Below are positions 16,135-33,714 of a DNA stretch of 64,000 bases, one piece after another. The position numbers and the translations under genes are program-made. The notes beneath the pieces were generated by a model. The model was not told the DNA's origin. It saw only the letters and a list, made by a program, of their open reading frames with translations, and made no database searches. The first letter of the stretch is position 1, and each line of letters begins with the position of its first letter. The DNA lies in the NCBI GenBank assembly GCA_963823025.1, contig CAWGKH010000004.1, positions 9,253-73,252 of the forward strand, given 5' to 3'. This DNA comes from an uncultured Planctomycetota bacterium. GTDB lineage: Bacteria > Planctomycetota > UBA1135 > UBA2386.

Positions 16135-16926
16135 GGGGCGACTGATCCGGGGAGGACGTCCACGATCGCCTTCGCGCGCTCGACGGCCTCACCGCCCTGC
16201 GTCAGCTCCAAGAACACGTGCTCGAGCGTCCCGCCGTCCTGGCTCCGCGCGCGGAGCTCGTCGAACGTCCCCGTCGGCGGCGATCGCACCGCCGTGGAGG
16301 ATGACGATGCGATCGCACACGCGCTCGACGACGTCCATCATGTGCGAGCAGTAGAAGATCGTCCGGCCCGTGTCCGCGAGGGATCGGATCAACGTCTTGA
16401 TCAGCACCGTCGAGTGCACGTCGAGGCCCGACAACGGTTCGTCGAGGAACAGGATTTCAGGATCGTGCAGCATGGCCGACGAGATCACGACCTTCTGCCG
16501 CATGCCTTTCGACAGCGAGCCGATGCGTGAGTGCAGCCGCGCGGTCAGATCGAACGCGTCGAGGAATGCGCCGCCGCGCGCGGTGATGAGATCGTCGTCG
16601 AGTCCGAACAGGCGTCCGACGAGCAGCAGGTGCTCGAAGACCGTCAGCGATTCGTAGAGCGTGGCGTTCTCCGGGACGTAGCCGATGCGCTGCTTGACAC
16701 GCTTCGGCTCGCGGGCGACGTCGTGCCCGGCGACCACGGCCCGGCCCTCGAAGCCGCCGAGCATCCCGACCAGGATGCGCACGGTCGTGCTCTTGCCGGC
16801 GCCGTTCGGGCCGAGGTACCCGAACACCTGTCCCTGCGGCACCCGGAGGTCGATCCCCTGCAGCACGCGCTTGTTGCCGAACGAGCGGCCGAGGCCCTCG
16901 AGGACGATCGCGTCGGACGTGGACAT
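16131..16926 (-). CDS. ABC transporter ATP-binding protein, one frame break near 16270
   Basis: GPNGAGKST (Walker A), LSKGMRQKV (signature), [12 protein letters not shown] (Walker B). The C-terminus continues in another frame as [38 protein letters not shown]. The break sits at a run of four C at 16269-16272. Confidence 0.85.
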
Positions 16927-17063
16927 CGTGCGGACCATACCGCGCCCGGGACGCCGAGGCGTCGGGACGCACACTCGTGCGCGATTCCTGGCGGCCGTTC
17001 CTGTACACTACGGGGCCCGTTTTTTTCGCACCCCCGCCAAGAACATCCGATCGAGTCACCTCC

Positions 17064-18332
<1,269 letters not shown>

Positions 18333-18336
18333 AAGA

Positions 18337-18365
18337 CAGACAACCAGACCCGGTCTGGATGTCTG
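18337..18365. repeat. 29-nt near-perfect palindrome in the convergent gltA/esterase intergenic region; related to the 54.7/56.8/58.1 kb element; possible bidirectional terminator
   Basis: CAGACA-A-CCAGACC-C-GGTCTGG-A-TGTCTG, with 13 of 14 positions pairing. A small GCCC-TTC-GGGC hairpin follows. Confidence 0.5.
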
Positions 18366-18384
18366 CCCTTCGGGCCGATCCGCG

Positions 18385-19495
18385 TCATTTCACCTCGACC
18401 GGCTCCGCGTGCTCCGGCGTCGCCGGCGGCTCCTCGGCCTTCGGCTGATCGGCGGCCGCGAACGCGTGCGCGACGAATTCGAGCGAGTGGCTCATGTTGT
18501 CGCGCATCGATGCCGAGCCCCATGAGTGTCCGCCGCCTTCGACGAGGCGGAACGTGTGCTCGATGTGCTTCGCGGTCATCTCGCGATCGAGCTCCTGATT
18601 CGGCGCGTTGAAGTGGTAGCGGTCGTCGGTGCCGACGTCGAAGTAGATCTGCATCGACGCGAAGTACGCGGCGTCGTGGTCGGCGACGATGCCGAGCGGC
18701 ATGTTGGCGGCCCACTTCTTCGGGTCGATCGGGTCGCCGAACGCCTTGTCGAGCCCCAGCATCTGCCCCATGCGCCCGCGGTAGCGATCGGTACTCCGGC
18801 GGCAGCTCGGTCGGATCGGACGGCAAGATGGCGGACGAGTGGGCGGCGACGATGCTCCACACGTCGGGATGCCGCATCGCGATCTTGAGCGCGCCGTAGC
18901 CGCCCATGCTGACACCCATCAGCGCTCGGTGCGCGGCGCCCTTCTTCACCGGCAGGTTCTTCTCGACCCAGGTGACGACGTCGGTGCAGATGGCCGTCTC
19001 GACGTTGCCGATTGCCTCGCCGTCGACGTAGAGCGTCGCGCGGGCGATCGTCGGCACGACGACGACCATGTCCGGGATCTTGCCGGAGTCGCGCAGCGCG
19101 TCGAGCGTCTCGGCGCCGCCCTCGTTCTGGAAGCGGAAGTAGCCGTCGTTCAGACCGTGGAGCCACAGCACCCAGGGGTACGTCGCCGCCGGGGCGTCCT
19201 TCGCGGTGGTCTTCGCGGTCGCTTCCTCCGCGGCCGGCTCCGCAGCCGCGTCCTCGCCGGCCGCCGCGACCTCGGGCTTCGCCGTCTTCGGCACGTAGAC
19301 CATGCAGTCGATCGTGCCGCTCGTCAGGCTCGGCGCCTCGATCGACATCTGCTTGACGTCGAAGTGGACGAGCTCGATCTCGCGGACGGGCATCGGTCGG
19401 CCGCGGCCGCGCCGCCCACCGCCGTCCGGACGTTGTGCCGCGACGTCGACGGCGAGCAGGGACAGCGCGAGGGCGCAGACGAGGGTCGTTCGCAT
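18385..19495 (-). CDS. Secreted alpha/beta-hydrolase, putative esterase family, one frame break near 18790
   Basis: [16 protein letters not shown] signal; WLHGLND; nucleophile elbow [10 protein letters not shown]. The C-terminal part ([17 protein letters not shown] ... GGGHSW) is in a different frame. Confidence 0.75.
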
Positions 19496-19662
19496 GGGGG
19501 AGCCTCTCTCTTCGAGCCGGGGCGGCCCGGCGGGGGGGCCGGGCGTCGCGCGGGTTCTACGTCCGCGACTGGTCAGTCGGCCACAGGAAAGCGGAGGGGG
19601 GCGTCGGCCGGCCGCCCGGCTAACCTCGCGCGCCCGGCTCCGACCGGACTCCACCCCGGACC

Positions 19663-20535
19663 ATGTGGTCGACCGTCGCACTCACCGCGCTCGCGATGGT
19701 GGCGTTCGCCGCCAACTCGGTGCTGTGTCGCCTCGCCCTCGCCGAGCGCGACCTCGATGCCGCGTCGTTCACGTTGCTCCGCATCGGCAGTGGCGCGGCG
19801 GTGCTGATCGCGATCGTCCTCGCCCGGCGACGCGCGGGCTGGCGCGGTGGCTCCTGGCGCTCGGCGGCGATGCTCTCGATCTACGCGTTCGGTTTCTCGA
19901 TCGCCTACCTCGAGCTGAGTGCGGGCACCGGCGCACTGATCCTGTTCGCCGCGGTCCAGGCGACGATGATCGGCGCCGGCATCGTGCGGGGTGAACGTCC
20001 GCGTCCGCTCGCGTGGACCGGCGTCGCTTGGGCGCTCGCCGGCACGGTGTTGCTGGTCCTGCCCGGGCTCACGGCGCCGGCGCCGGTCGGGGCGCTGCTG
20101 ATGGCGGCGGCCGGGGTCGGCTGGGGCGTCTACAGCCTCCGCGGCCGTGCGGTCGTCGATCCGATCGCGGCCACGGCCGGCAACTTCGCCCGGGCCGCCG
20201 TGCTCGCGGTGCCGATCGCCGCCGCACTCTGGCTGCGATCGGGCGGCGCGGGGCCGGCGAGCCCGCGAGGGATCGCGGCCGGACTGGTGTCGGGCGCGAT
20301 CACGTCCGGCCTCGGTTACGTGATCTGGTACGCCGCGCTTCGCCACCTCCGCGCGACGCAGGCCGCGATCGTCCAGCTGACGGTTCCGCCGATCGCGGCG
20401 CTCGGTGGAATCGCGTTTCTCGGCGAGTCGCTCAGCGCGCGGCTCGCGGTCGCGAGCGCGTCGATCCTCGGCGGGGTCGCGCTGGTGTTCCGCGACCGCG
20501 GGCGGCGGCCGGCCGGTCGGGATGGCGACGCCTGA
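19663..20535 (+). CDS. DMT-superfamily (EamA-like) transporter
   Basis: 290 aa with about ten hydrophobic helices and two EamA-like halves (FAANSVLCRLAL ...; GYVIWYAALRHL). Confidence 0.8.
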   Translation: MWSTVALTALAMVAFAANSVLCRLALAERDLDAASFTLLRIGSGAAVLIAIVLARRRAGWRGGSWRSAAMLSIYAFGFSIAYLELSAGTGALILFAAVQATMIGAGIVRGERPRPLAWTGVAWALAGTVLLVLPGLTAPAPVGALLMAAAGVGWGVYSLRGRAVVDPIAATAGNFARAAVLAVPIAAALWLRSGGAGPASPRGIAAGLVSGAITSGLGYVIWYAALRHLRATQAAIVQLTVPPIAALGGIAFLGESLSARLAVASASILGGVALVFRDRGRRPAGRDGDA

Positions 20536-20658
20536 GGCCCGGTGACATGGGCTCCATCCGGAATCGGCGGCGGAGAGCCGCCCGGGCCCGGACCCGCTCC
20601 GTCGTGCCTTCGAAACCGCGACAGTTCCGCCAGTCGAGCGGCCGATACCCATTTCGGG

Positions 20659-21762
20659 ATGGAGATGGTGGGAGCCCGAGACAGTGTCATGCCGCCTCGT
20701 TCGATACTGACCGCCTATTGCGAGGAGTTCGGCAAGCTCGCGCGCACGCTCGCCGATCTGCTGGACGTCGCGCGCCCCGGCGTGGACGGCGCCGCCGCCG
20801 ATGACAGTGCGGCCCTCGAGCGCATCGCGCCGTTGATCGAGCGGATCGCGTCGCACATCCAGGGCTGCCGGGTCGACACCGCCCCGCAGGGCTGTGTCCC
20901 CGCGACGCGGAGTCCGCTCGGGGTGTTCGCCGTGGACGAGATGTGTCGTCCCGCAGTCGCGGAGATGTGCCGGCCCGCGGTCACGGCGTCCGTGTCGCAG
21001 ATCCTCGCGGGATCGGCAGAGGAAGCGAGCCCATACACGCTGCGTGAAGGTCCCGGCAACTTCGCGGATCTCGACGACGAGCCGTTCGATCCGTTCGCGC
21101 ACGGTGCGGGCGGCTTCGGCGTTCGCACACCCGGTGCGGCGGAGGACCCCGACGACGAGGACGACGAGCCCGAGGACGAGCCGGAGGAGGAGCGCGAGCC
21201 GCTGCCACCGAGCCGCCTGTCCGACACGTTGCGCGACGAGATCGATGGGCGCGCCTCCCTGCAGGGCACGTCGACCAGTCTGCCGATCCAGGCGTTGATC
21301 GAGCTGATCGGTGGCTCGAAGAAGACCGGCATGCTCCACCTGCGCACACCGGTCGAACACATTCAGTTCGAGTTCGATCGCGGGTTCGTGGTCGCGACCT
21401 CCACCGACCATCCGCCGCCCGGACAGCGCCTCGGCGACGTGCTGGTCGAGCTCGACTTCGTCACGGTGGACGTTCGCAAGGCGGCGTTGAAGAAGGCCCG
21501 GAAGCAGTCGAAGCCGCTCGGTGCGATCCTCGTGGGGGACGGTTCGATCACCGTCGATCAGCTCAGCGAGGCGCTCCAGTTCCAGGTGCAGTCGCGCTTC
21601 GATCGCGCCTTCCGCGCCGAGCATGTCGCCTACGCGTTCGTGCCCCGCGCCCACGACGAGGATGACGGACGACTGCGGATGAGCGCGCGCGAGCTGCTGC
21701 TGCAGAGCGCGCGGCGGGCCGACGAGGACGACCGCCCGGACGACGACGAGAAGCCCGCCTGA
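20659..21762 (+). CDS. DUF4388 domain protein with acidic linker
   Basis: LPIQALIELIGGSKKTGMLHLR ... FEFDRGFVV ... LGDVLVE matches the DUF4388 pattern. Preceded by the acidic run EDPDDEDDEPEDEPEEE. Start uncertain (ATG at 20659, 20665 or 20689). Confidence 0.6.
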   Translation: MEMVGARDSVMPPRSILTAYCEEFGKLARTLADLLDVARPGVDGAAADDSAALERIAPLIERIASHIQGCRVDTAPQGCVPATRSPLGVFAVDEMCRPAVAEMCRPAVTASVSQILAGSAEEASPYTLREGPGNFADLDDEPFDPFAHGAGGFGVRTPGAAEDPDDEDDEPEDEPEEEREPLPPSRLSDTLRDEIDGRASLQGTSTSLPIQALIELIGGSKKTGMLHLRTPVEHIQFEFDRGFVVATSTDHPPPGQRLGDVLVELDFVTVDVRKAALKKARKQSKPLGAILVGDGSITVDQLSEALQFQVQSRFDRAFRAEHVAYAFVPRAHDEDDGRLRMSARELLLQSARRADEDDRPDDDEKPA

Positions 21763-21763
21763 C

Positions 21764-21785
21764 GTCGGCGCGAGGACTCGCCGAC
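21764..21785. terminator. Short hairpin between convergent genes
   Basis: GTCGGCG-cgaggact-CGCCGAC, a 7-bp stem immediately after the DUF4388 stop. No clear U tract. Confidence 0.25.
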
Positions 21786-21822
21786 ACTTGCCGGTCACCG
21801 TCCAGCCGAGTCACGTCCGCCG

Positions 21823-25850
<4,028 letters not shown>

Positions 25851-25858
25851 CGGATCGA

Positions 25859-26431
25859 TCACGTGCGGTCGAGCTGACTCTTGAGCCAGGCTCTGGCCAT
25901 CAACCAATCGGCCTTCGCCGTGCTGCGGGACACGCCGAGGATCTCGGCGACGCGGTCGAGATCGAAGCCACCGAAGAACCGGAGCTCGACGACGCGGCTC
26001 TTGCGTTCGTCGAGCAGCGCGAGGCGCTCCAGCGCCTCATGGACGTCGATCACGTCGAACTCGCGGTCGTCCGACTTCGCCAGGTCCGAATCGACGAGCG
26101 TGATGCGGAGGCGATCGCCGCCGCGCTTCTCCGCGTTCCGGCGACGGTGTTCATCGACGAGCACGTGGCGCATCACCGACACCGCGAGCCGGAAGAAGTG
26201 GGAACGATCCGCGAGCTCGAGCGCCGCCGGATCGATCAGCCGGACATACGCCTCGTTGACGAGCGCCGTCGGTTGCCAGGTCAACGCGTCGCGCTCGCTC
26301 TGGAGCTGTCGAGCCGCGAGCTCACGCAACTCGCCGTAGACGTGGGCGAACAGCCGTTCGCGTGCATCGCTGTCGCCGTCCCGCGCCTGGCGCAGCAGCA
26401 TGGTGACGGCCTGGGAATCGAGGTCGGACAT
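25859..26431 (-). CDS. ECF-type RNA polymerase sigma factor, TIGR02999-like (kinase-associated class)
   Basis: 190 aa; [83 protein letters not shown]. Ends 8 nt before the kinase start. Confidence 0.85.
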   Translation of the reverse strand: MSDLDSQAVTMLLRQARDGDSDARERLFAHVYGELRELAARQLQSERDALTWQPTALVNEAYVRLIDPAALELADRSHFFRLAVSVMRHVLVDEHRRRNAEKRGGDRLRITLVDSDLAKSDDREFDVIDVHEALERLALLDERKSRVVELRFFGGFDLDRVAEILGVSRSTAKADWLMARAWLKSQLDRT

Positions 26432-26545
26432 GTCGGCGACCCTCGCATCGTAGGGTGCCTGGGGAGGCAGGTGGTAGCCTCCGCTCCGGCACGACGGAAC
26501 CGCACGATCGCCGTTCCGCCCGGTCCGGTTACCGTGATCGGCCGC

Positions 26546-29258
<2,713 letters not shown>

Positions 29259-29336
29259 GCGGGCCGCGAGGGTGCCGCGGTTCGTCGCGGAGAACGCGTA
29301 GAATCGGCGGCGGTCCGAACGACGAGGAGGTGCCCG

Positions 29337-30568
29337 GTGCGCGTGACGACGATGGTCCTCGCGGGAGGCCGCGGCGAGCGGCTCAGACCGTTGACCGACA
29401 AGCGCGCGAAGCCGGCGGTCGCGTTCGGCGGGGGCTTCCGGCTGATCGACTTCACGTGGATCAACTGCGCGACCTCGGGATTGCGCGACATCCACGTCCT
29501 CGTGCAGGTGGCCGCGCGTTCGATCGCGCGCCACGCCGAAGAGCGCTGGCAGGAGATCCGGGACGTGACGGTCACGTCGTGTCCCCGCGCTTCGAGCACG
29601 ACGATCGTCCGTATCGCGGCACCGGGGACGCGATCCTGCGCAACCTCGACGTCGCCCTCGAGGAGCGCGCCGAGGTCGTGCTGGTGCTCTCGGGCGACCA
29701 CGTCTATCGCCTCGACTATCGCCCGATGCTCGCGGCCCATCTGGCGAGCGGCGCCGTCGCGACGGTGTTGACCGGTCGTGTCCCGATGTCGGACGCGTCG
29801 GCGTTCGGCGTGCTCCGCGTCGGCGCCGGCGCTCGCGTGGAGGAGTTCGTCGAGAAGCCGGTGGACCCGCGATGCTGGTCACGCGGGGGCGAGTGCTCGG
29901 TCAACCTCGGCGTCTACTGCTTCGAGCCGGTGGCGGTACGCAAGGCGCTCGAACGGGCCGCGCGCGCCGGCCAGCACGATCTGTCGCGCGGAGCGCTGCC
30001 GGCGCTCGCGCGCGCGGGCCGGCTGCGTGCGTTCGAGACGGATGTGTACTGGCGGGACGTGGGCACCGTGGACGGCTACTTCGCGGCCAGCATGGACCTG
30101 CTCGGCGCGCCGCCACGGTTCGAGCTCGGGGACCCGGCCTGGGAGCTCGGGTGCCGGTTCCGCGAGTGGCTGCCGGCGCGGGTCGAGGCGCGTGCGCAGA
30201 TCGCTGGCGAGTCGTTCGGCGGAACCGTCCTGGTCGGTCCCGGCGCGGTCGTCGAGTCCGCGGACGTCGTCGACAGCATCGTGTGCCGGGGTGCGCACGT
30301 CGCGGCGGGCGCGGTGCTCGACCGGTGCATCGTCCTGCCCGGCGCTCAGATCGGTCCGTTCGCGCACTTGCGCAGGACGATCGTCGACGAGCAGATGCGG
30401 GTGCCGAGCGGCGAACGCATCGTGCCCGGCGAGCCAGACGTGCGGACCTCCGCCGGTGGTGTCGCGGTCGTCTCCAGCGACGGGCACGTGCTCCGGCCGC
30501 GGCCGCTCATCAGCGCTCGGGCCGCATCGTCATCGCATCCTCCGACGCTGCCGCGGACCATCGCATGA
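29337..30568 (+). CDS. glgC: Glucose-1-phosphate adenylyltransferase, one frame break near 29570
   Basis: GAGGAGG Shine-Dalgarno then a GTG start. VLAGGRGERLRPLTDKRAKPAVAFGG, then in another frame YRGTGDAI ... VLSGDHVYRLDY ... FGV ... FVEKP ... NLGVYCF ... YWRDVGTVD. Confidence 0.8.
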
Positions 30569-30659
30569 AGCGCGAGCTGACGAACGGAGCGACGTCGGCG
30601 TCGGTGACTGGCGCGACGCGTTGTCGGGCGACCAGACTGTCGGCGGCGGCACGCGCCGG

Positions 30660-31984
30660 TCAGAACGACCATCCCCGGAGCTCGGTCGCGCCTCTCGCGA
30701 TCGAGAACGCGAAGTCGTCGCTGTGGCCGTCGGCCCACAGAATCCGGGCCCGGTATCGTCCGGGGAGCCGTCCGTCGATGTTCCACGTCCGGCGGTCTCC
30801 CCCGGAGTTGCCGCTGCTCCCCTCGATGGGCATCAGCTCTTCGGGAAGCTGCCCGCGCAGGTAGACGAGGTCGAGACCGCGCAAGTCGGAGGGGAATCCC
30901 CGTTCGCTGTGCAGGAGCAACGTCCCGTCCGGAACGACGGCGTTCTCGTCACCCCCGACGACGCCGAGCCAACGCAGGCCCCCGTACGGCCGGTGCATAT
31001 GGATGCCGAGACGGAACGGTCCCGAACCGATCGTCAGATCGGTCTTTCCGACGCGATCCACGACCGACCCCATCGAGTACCGGAGCGATCGGATCCCGAC
31101 TGCATCGACCACATGGCCGACGAGTCGGGCGTCGCCCGAGCCGACGATGCGGCCGCCCCAGGGCCGATCGCCGCCGAGCCGGATCTCGACGCCGTCCACA
31201 TTGCGGCCGCGGACCTCCACGATCTGGCGGGACCAGGACGGTCGCTCGCCAACGCGGCGCCGTTTCCGGGACCGGGTGGCGTGGACCAGCCACTGCCCAT
31301 CGGCCACCCCCTCGAACTCGAAGGTCCCGTCATCCTCGACCGGTCGCCACGAGTAGTTCGTCACCCTTCGGGCGTCCGACGTCAGGGCGCCGCGCGTTCG
31401 AATGTTGCCGAGTCCGGGCTTGCCCTCCTCGGGCGTGGCTTCGGCGAGACATTCGGCACCGGCGGCGCCGAGGACGTGAATCCGGATCGCCCCCGCGGGC
31501 GTCATCTCGATGTGGACGTCTTCACGTCCGGGCTCGACGATCCCGGTCGTCAGCACACCGAATTCGTGTCGGGCACCGAAGTGCACCGGCTCGTCCATCG
31601 GCAGGTCCACCGCGAAGGCCCCATCGGGTCCGGTGACGGTCTTGGCGATCGCATCGTCCGGTTCGTCGTCCTCGGCCGCACCGTCGACGTCTCGGAACCA
31701 GAGGATCTCGGCGCCGGCGGCCGGGATCCGAGCGTCCGCCGTCTTCAGCCACACGTGACCGAGCGCTCCCGGGCTGTCCACTCTGGAACCGGCTCGCGCC
31801 GTCCGGAACCGCCGGTCGCCGACGGCCAAGGGGCACGAACTTGTCGAGCGGCGTCGCTCGAGACCGTGCTCGACGGGCCGGTGCCCGGCCCGCCGAGGAC
31901 CAGGCCCAGGATCACGGCCGCCGCGACCGTCAGGGCCGCAGCGACGAGGATGTGGCGACGCGTTCGTGAGATCGAAGAACTCAT
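30660..31984 (-). CDS. Membrane-anchored protein with carboxypeptidase-regulatory-like (Ig-fold) segments, one frame break near 31830
   Basis: N-terminal anchor MSSSISRTRRHILVAAALTVAAAVILGLVL (ORF 31745-31984) joins the 30660-31829 ORF in another frame. Contains KTVTGPDGAFAVDLP-type motifs. Confidence 0.5.
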
Positions 31985-31985
31985 G

Positions 31986-32234
31986 TCACAAGCAGCTCAC
32001 GCTCTTGGCGTCCGTCTCACAAGACCCGCCGCAACCACTGGCGGCCTCGCCGACGTTGCGGCGGCTGGATGTCTGCGCCGGATCGCCGGACACCCATCCT
32101 TCGCTGTCGTCGAGCTGCCCCGAGTCCTCGTGGTCGCGAACGACGTCGTGGAACAGGATGTCCCGCTCGACGACGTCGTCGCTCGATGGACCTGCGTCCT
32201 CCGAAACTGCGTTCGCGCCGATCGCGAAGCTCAC
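31986..32234 (-). CDS. Small acidic protein with Cys-rich C-terminus (hypothetical)
   Basis: 82-aa ORF ending SGCGGSCETDAKSVSCL. GC-rich third codon positions. Its stop lies 1 nt before the ATG of the next gene. Start codon uncertain. Confidence 0.35.
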   Translation of the reverse strand: MSFAIGANAVSEDAGPSSDDVVERDILFHDVVRDHEDSGQLDDSEGWVSGDPAQTSSRRNVGEAASGCGGSCETDAKSVSCL

Positions 32235-32331
32235 CGACGCGACGGACTGGCGTTCGCGGCGGATGGGAGCATCGGTCGGCCGCGACGCGGTGTCGGCCAG
32301 CGGTCGGTGCGTCGTGCCGACACGTTCCCGC

Positions 32332-33714
32332 TCAACTCTCGAGCAGCATCGTCAGCGGATCCTCGAGGGCTTCGGCGAACCAGCGCGTGAAGCGCGCCGC
32401 GTCCGCGCCGTCGACCGCGCGGTGGTCGTAGCTGAGCGACAGCGGCAGCACGCGAGCCGGCGCGATCTCGCCGTCGCGGTCGATCAGGGCCGGCTGCTCG
32501 GCGCCGACACCGAGGATCGCGACCTGGGGCCAGACGACCAGCGGGGTGAAGTGGGAGCCGCCGATCGGCCCGACGTTGGTGATCGTGAAGGTCGCTCCGG
32601 TGAGGTCGTCCGGGGCGAGGTCGCCGGTGCGCGCGCCATCCAGGAGGCCGGCGAGCTCCTCGGCGACCTCGACCAGGCCCTTTCGGTGCACGTCGCGTAC
32701 GACCGGGACGAGCAGGCCGCGTGGCGTGTCGACGGCGACTCCGACGTGGAAGTAGCGCTTGAGCACGAGCTCGCCGTTCGCCATGTCGATGCTCGAGTTG
32801 AACGCTTCGAACTTCTTCAGTGCCTCGGCGGCGAGGCAGACGAGGATCGCCGTCAGGGAGATCTTCTCCGCGCCGACGCGGTCACCGTGGCGGGCGCGGA
32901 ACGCCTCGACGCCGGCGATCGCGGCGCGGTCGAAGTGCGTCACCTGCGGCACGCTCTTCCACGAGTCCGACACGGTCTCGGCGGTGGCGCGCCGCACGGC
33001 GCCGAGCGGCACGCGCTCGACCTCGCCCCACTGCGTGAAGTCGGGCAGCTCGGCGCGGGTCTCGGTCAGCTCGCCGCTGCGACGCAGTGCATCGCGCACG
33101 TGGCTCTTGACGTCCTCTTCGGTGACCTGATCGGCGTGCGCTCGGGCGACGTCGTCGAGGTCGACGCCGAGCTCGCGCGCGAGCCGGCGGACGTGGGGCG
33201 CGGCGCGCGACATGCGCGGGGTCGGCTTCGCGGGCTCGGCCTTGGGCGGGGTCGGGGCGGCGGGGCGCGAGGGTGGTTCGCGTTCGGGCTCCTCGGCCGT
33301 CGCCGACTCCTCGGTGGCGGGCTCCGGCTCCGGCGCGGTCTCCGACGTCTCCTCCGCCGGCGCCGCCTTCGGTTCGGGTTCGCTCGGCTCGTCGTTCGGC
33401 TTCTTCTTTTGCGTCCGCTTCGGAGCCTTCGACCGCTTCGGCTTCGACTTCGTGTCCTCGGTCTTCGCGCTGCCCTCGTCCTCGCCGATCACGCAGATCT
33501 TCTGACCGCTCTCGATCTCGTCGCCCTTGCCGACCAGGATCTCCTCGATGACCCCGCTCGCCGGGCTCGGCACCTCGACCGTGGCCTTGTCGGTCTCGAT
33601 CTCGAGGAGCGGGTCCTCCTCGTTCACGTGGTCGCCCTGCTTGACGAGGACTTCGAGGACGGTGCCGCCTTCGACGGATTCACCGAGGGACGGCAGCTTC
33701 ACTTCCTGGCTCAC
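32332..33714 (-). CDS. aceF: Dihydrolipoamide acetyltransferase (pyruvate dehydrogenase E2)
   Basis: GTG start overlapping the aceE stop (GTGA). One lipoyl domain (LEIETDKATVEVPSP), a Pro/Glu/Lys-rich linker, E3-binding domain (APHVRRLARELGVDL) and catalytic domain (LSLSYDHRAVDGADAARF). Confidence 0.9.
   Translation of the reverse strand: MSQEVKLPSLGESVEGGTVLEVLVKQGDHVNEEDPLLEIETDKATVEVPSPASGVIEEILVGKGDEIESGQKICVIGEDEGSAKTEDTKSKPKRSKAPKRTQKKKPNDEPSEPEPKAAPAEETSETAPEPEPATEESATAEEPEREPPSRPAAPTPPKAEPAKPTPRMSRAAPHVRRLARELGVDLDDVARAHADQVTEEDVKSHVRDALRRSGELTETRAELPDFTQWGEVERVPLGAVRRATAETVSDSWKSVPQVTHFDRAAIAGVEAFRARHGDRVGAEKISLTAILVCLAAEALKKFEAFNSSIDMANGELVLKRYFHVGVAVDTPRGLLVPVVRDVHRKGLVEVAEELAGLLDGARTGDLAPDDLTGATFTITNVGPIGGSHFTPLVVWPQVAILGVGAEQPALIDRDGEIAPARVLPLSLSYDHRAVDGADAARFTRWFAEALEDPLTMLLES

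Noticed and set aside
17010-17040. GGGGCCCG followed by a T7 run, looking like an intrinsic terminator
   Set aside because: No co-directional gene ends upstream, because this is the divergent ABC/gltA promoter region. The stem is also only 3-4 bp. It is more likely an AT-rich promoter or UP-like tract.
33230-33480. Low-complexity Pro/Glu/Lys/Ala-rich stretch in aceF
   Set aside because: This is the normal flexible inter-domain linker of E2 acyltransferases, not an independent feature.
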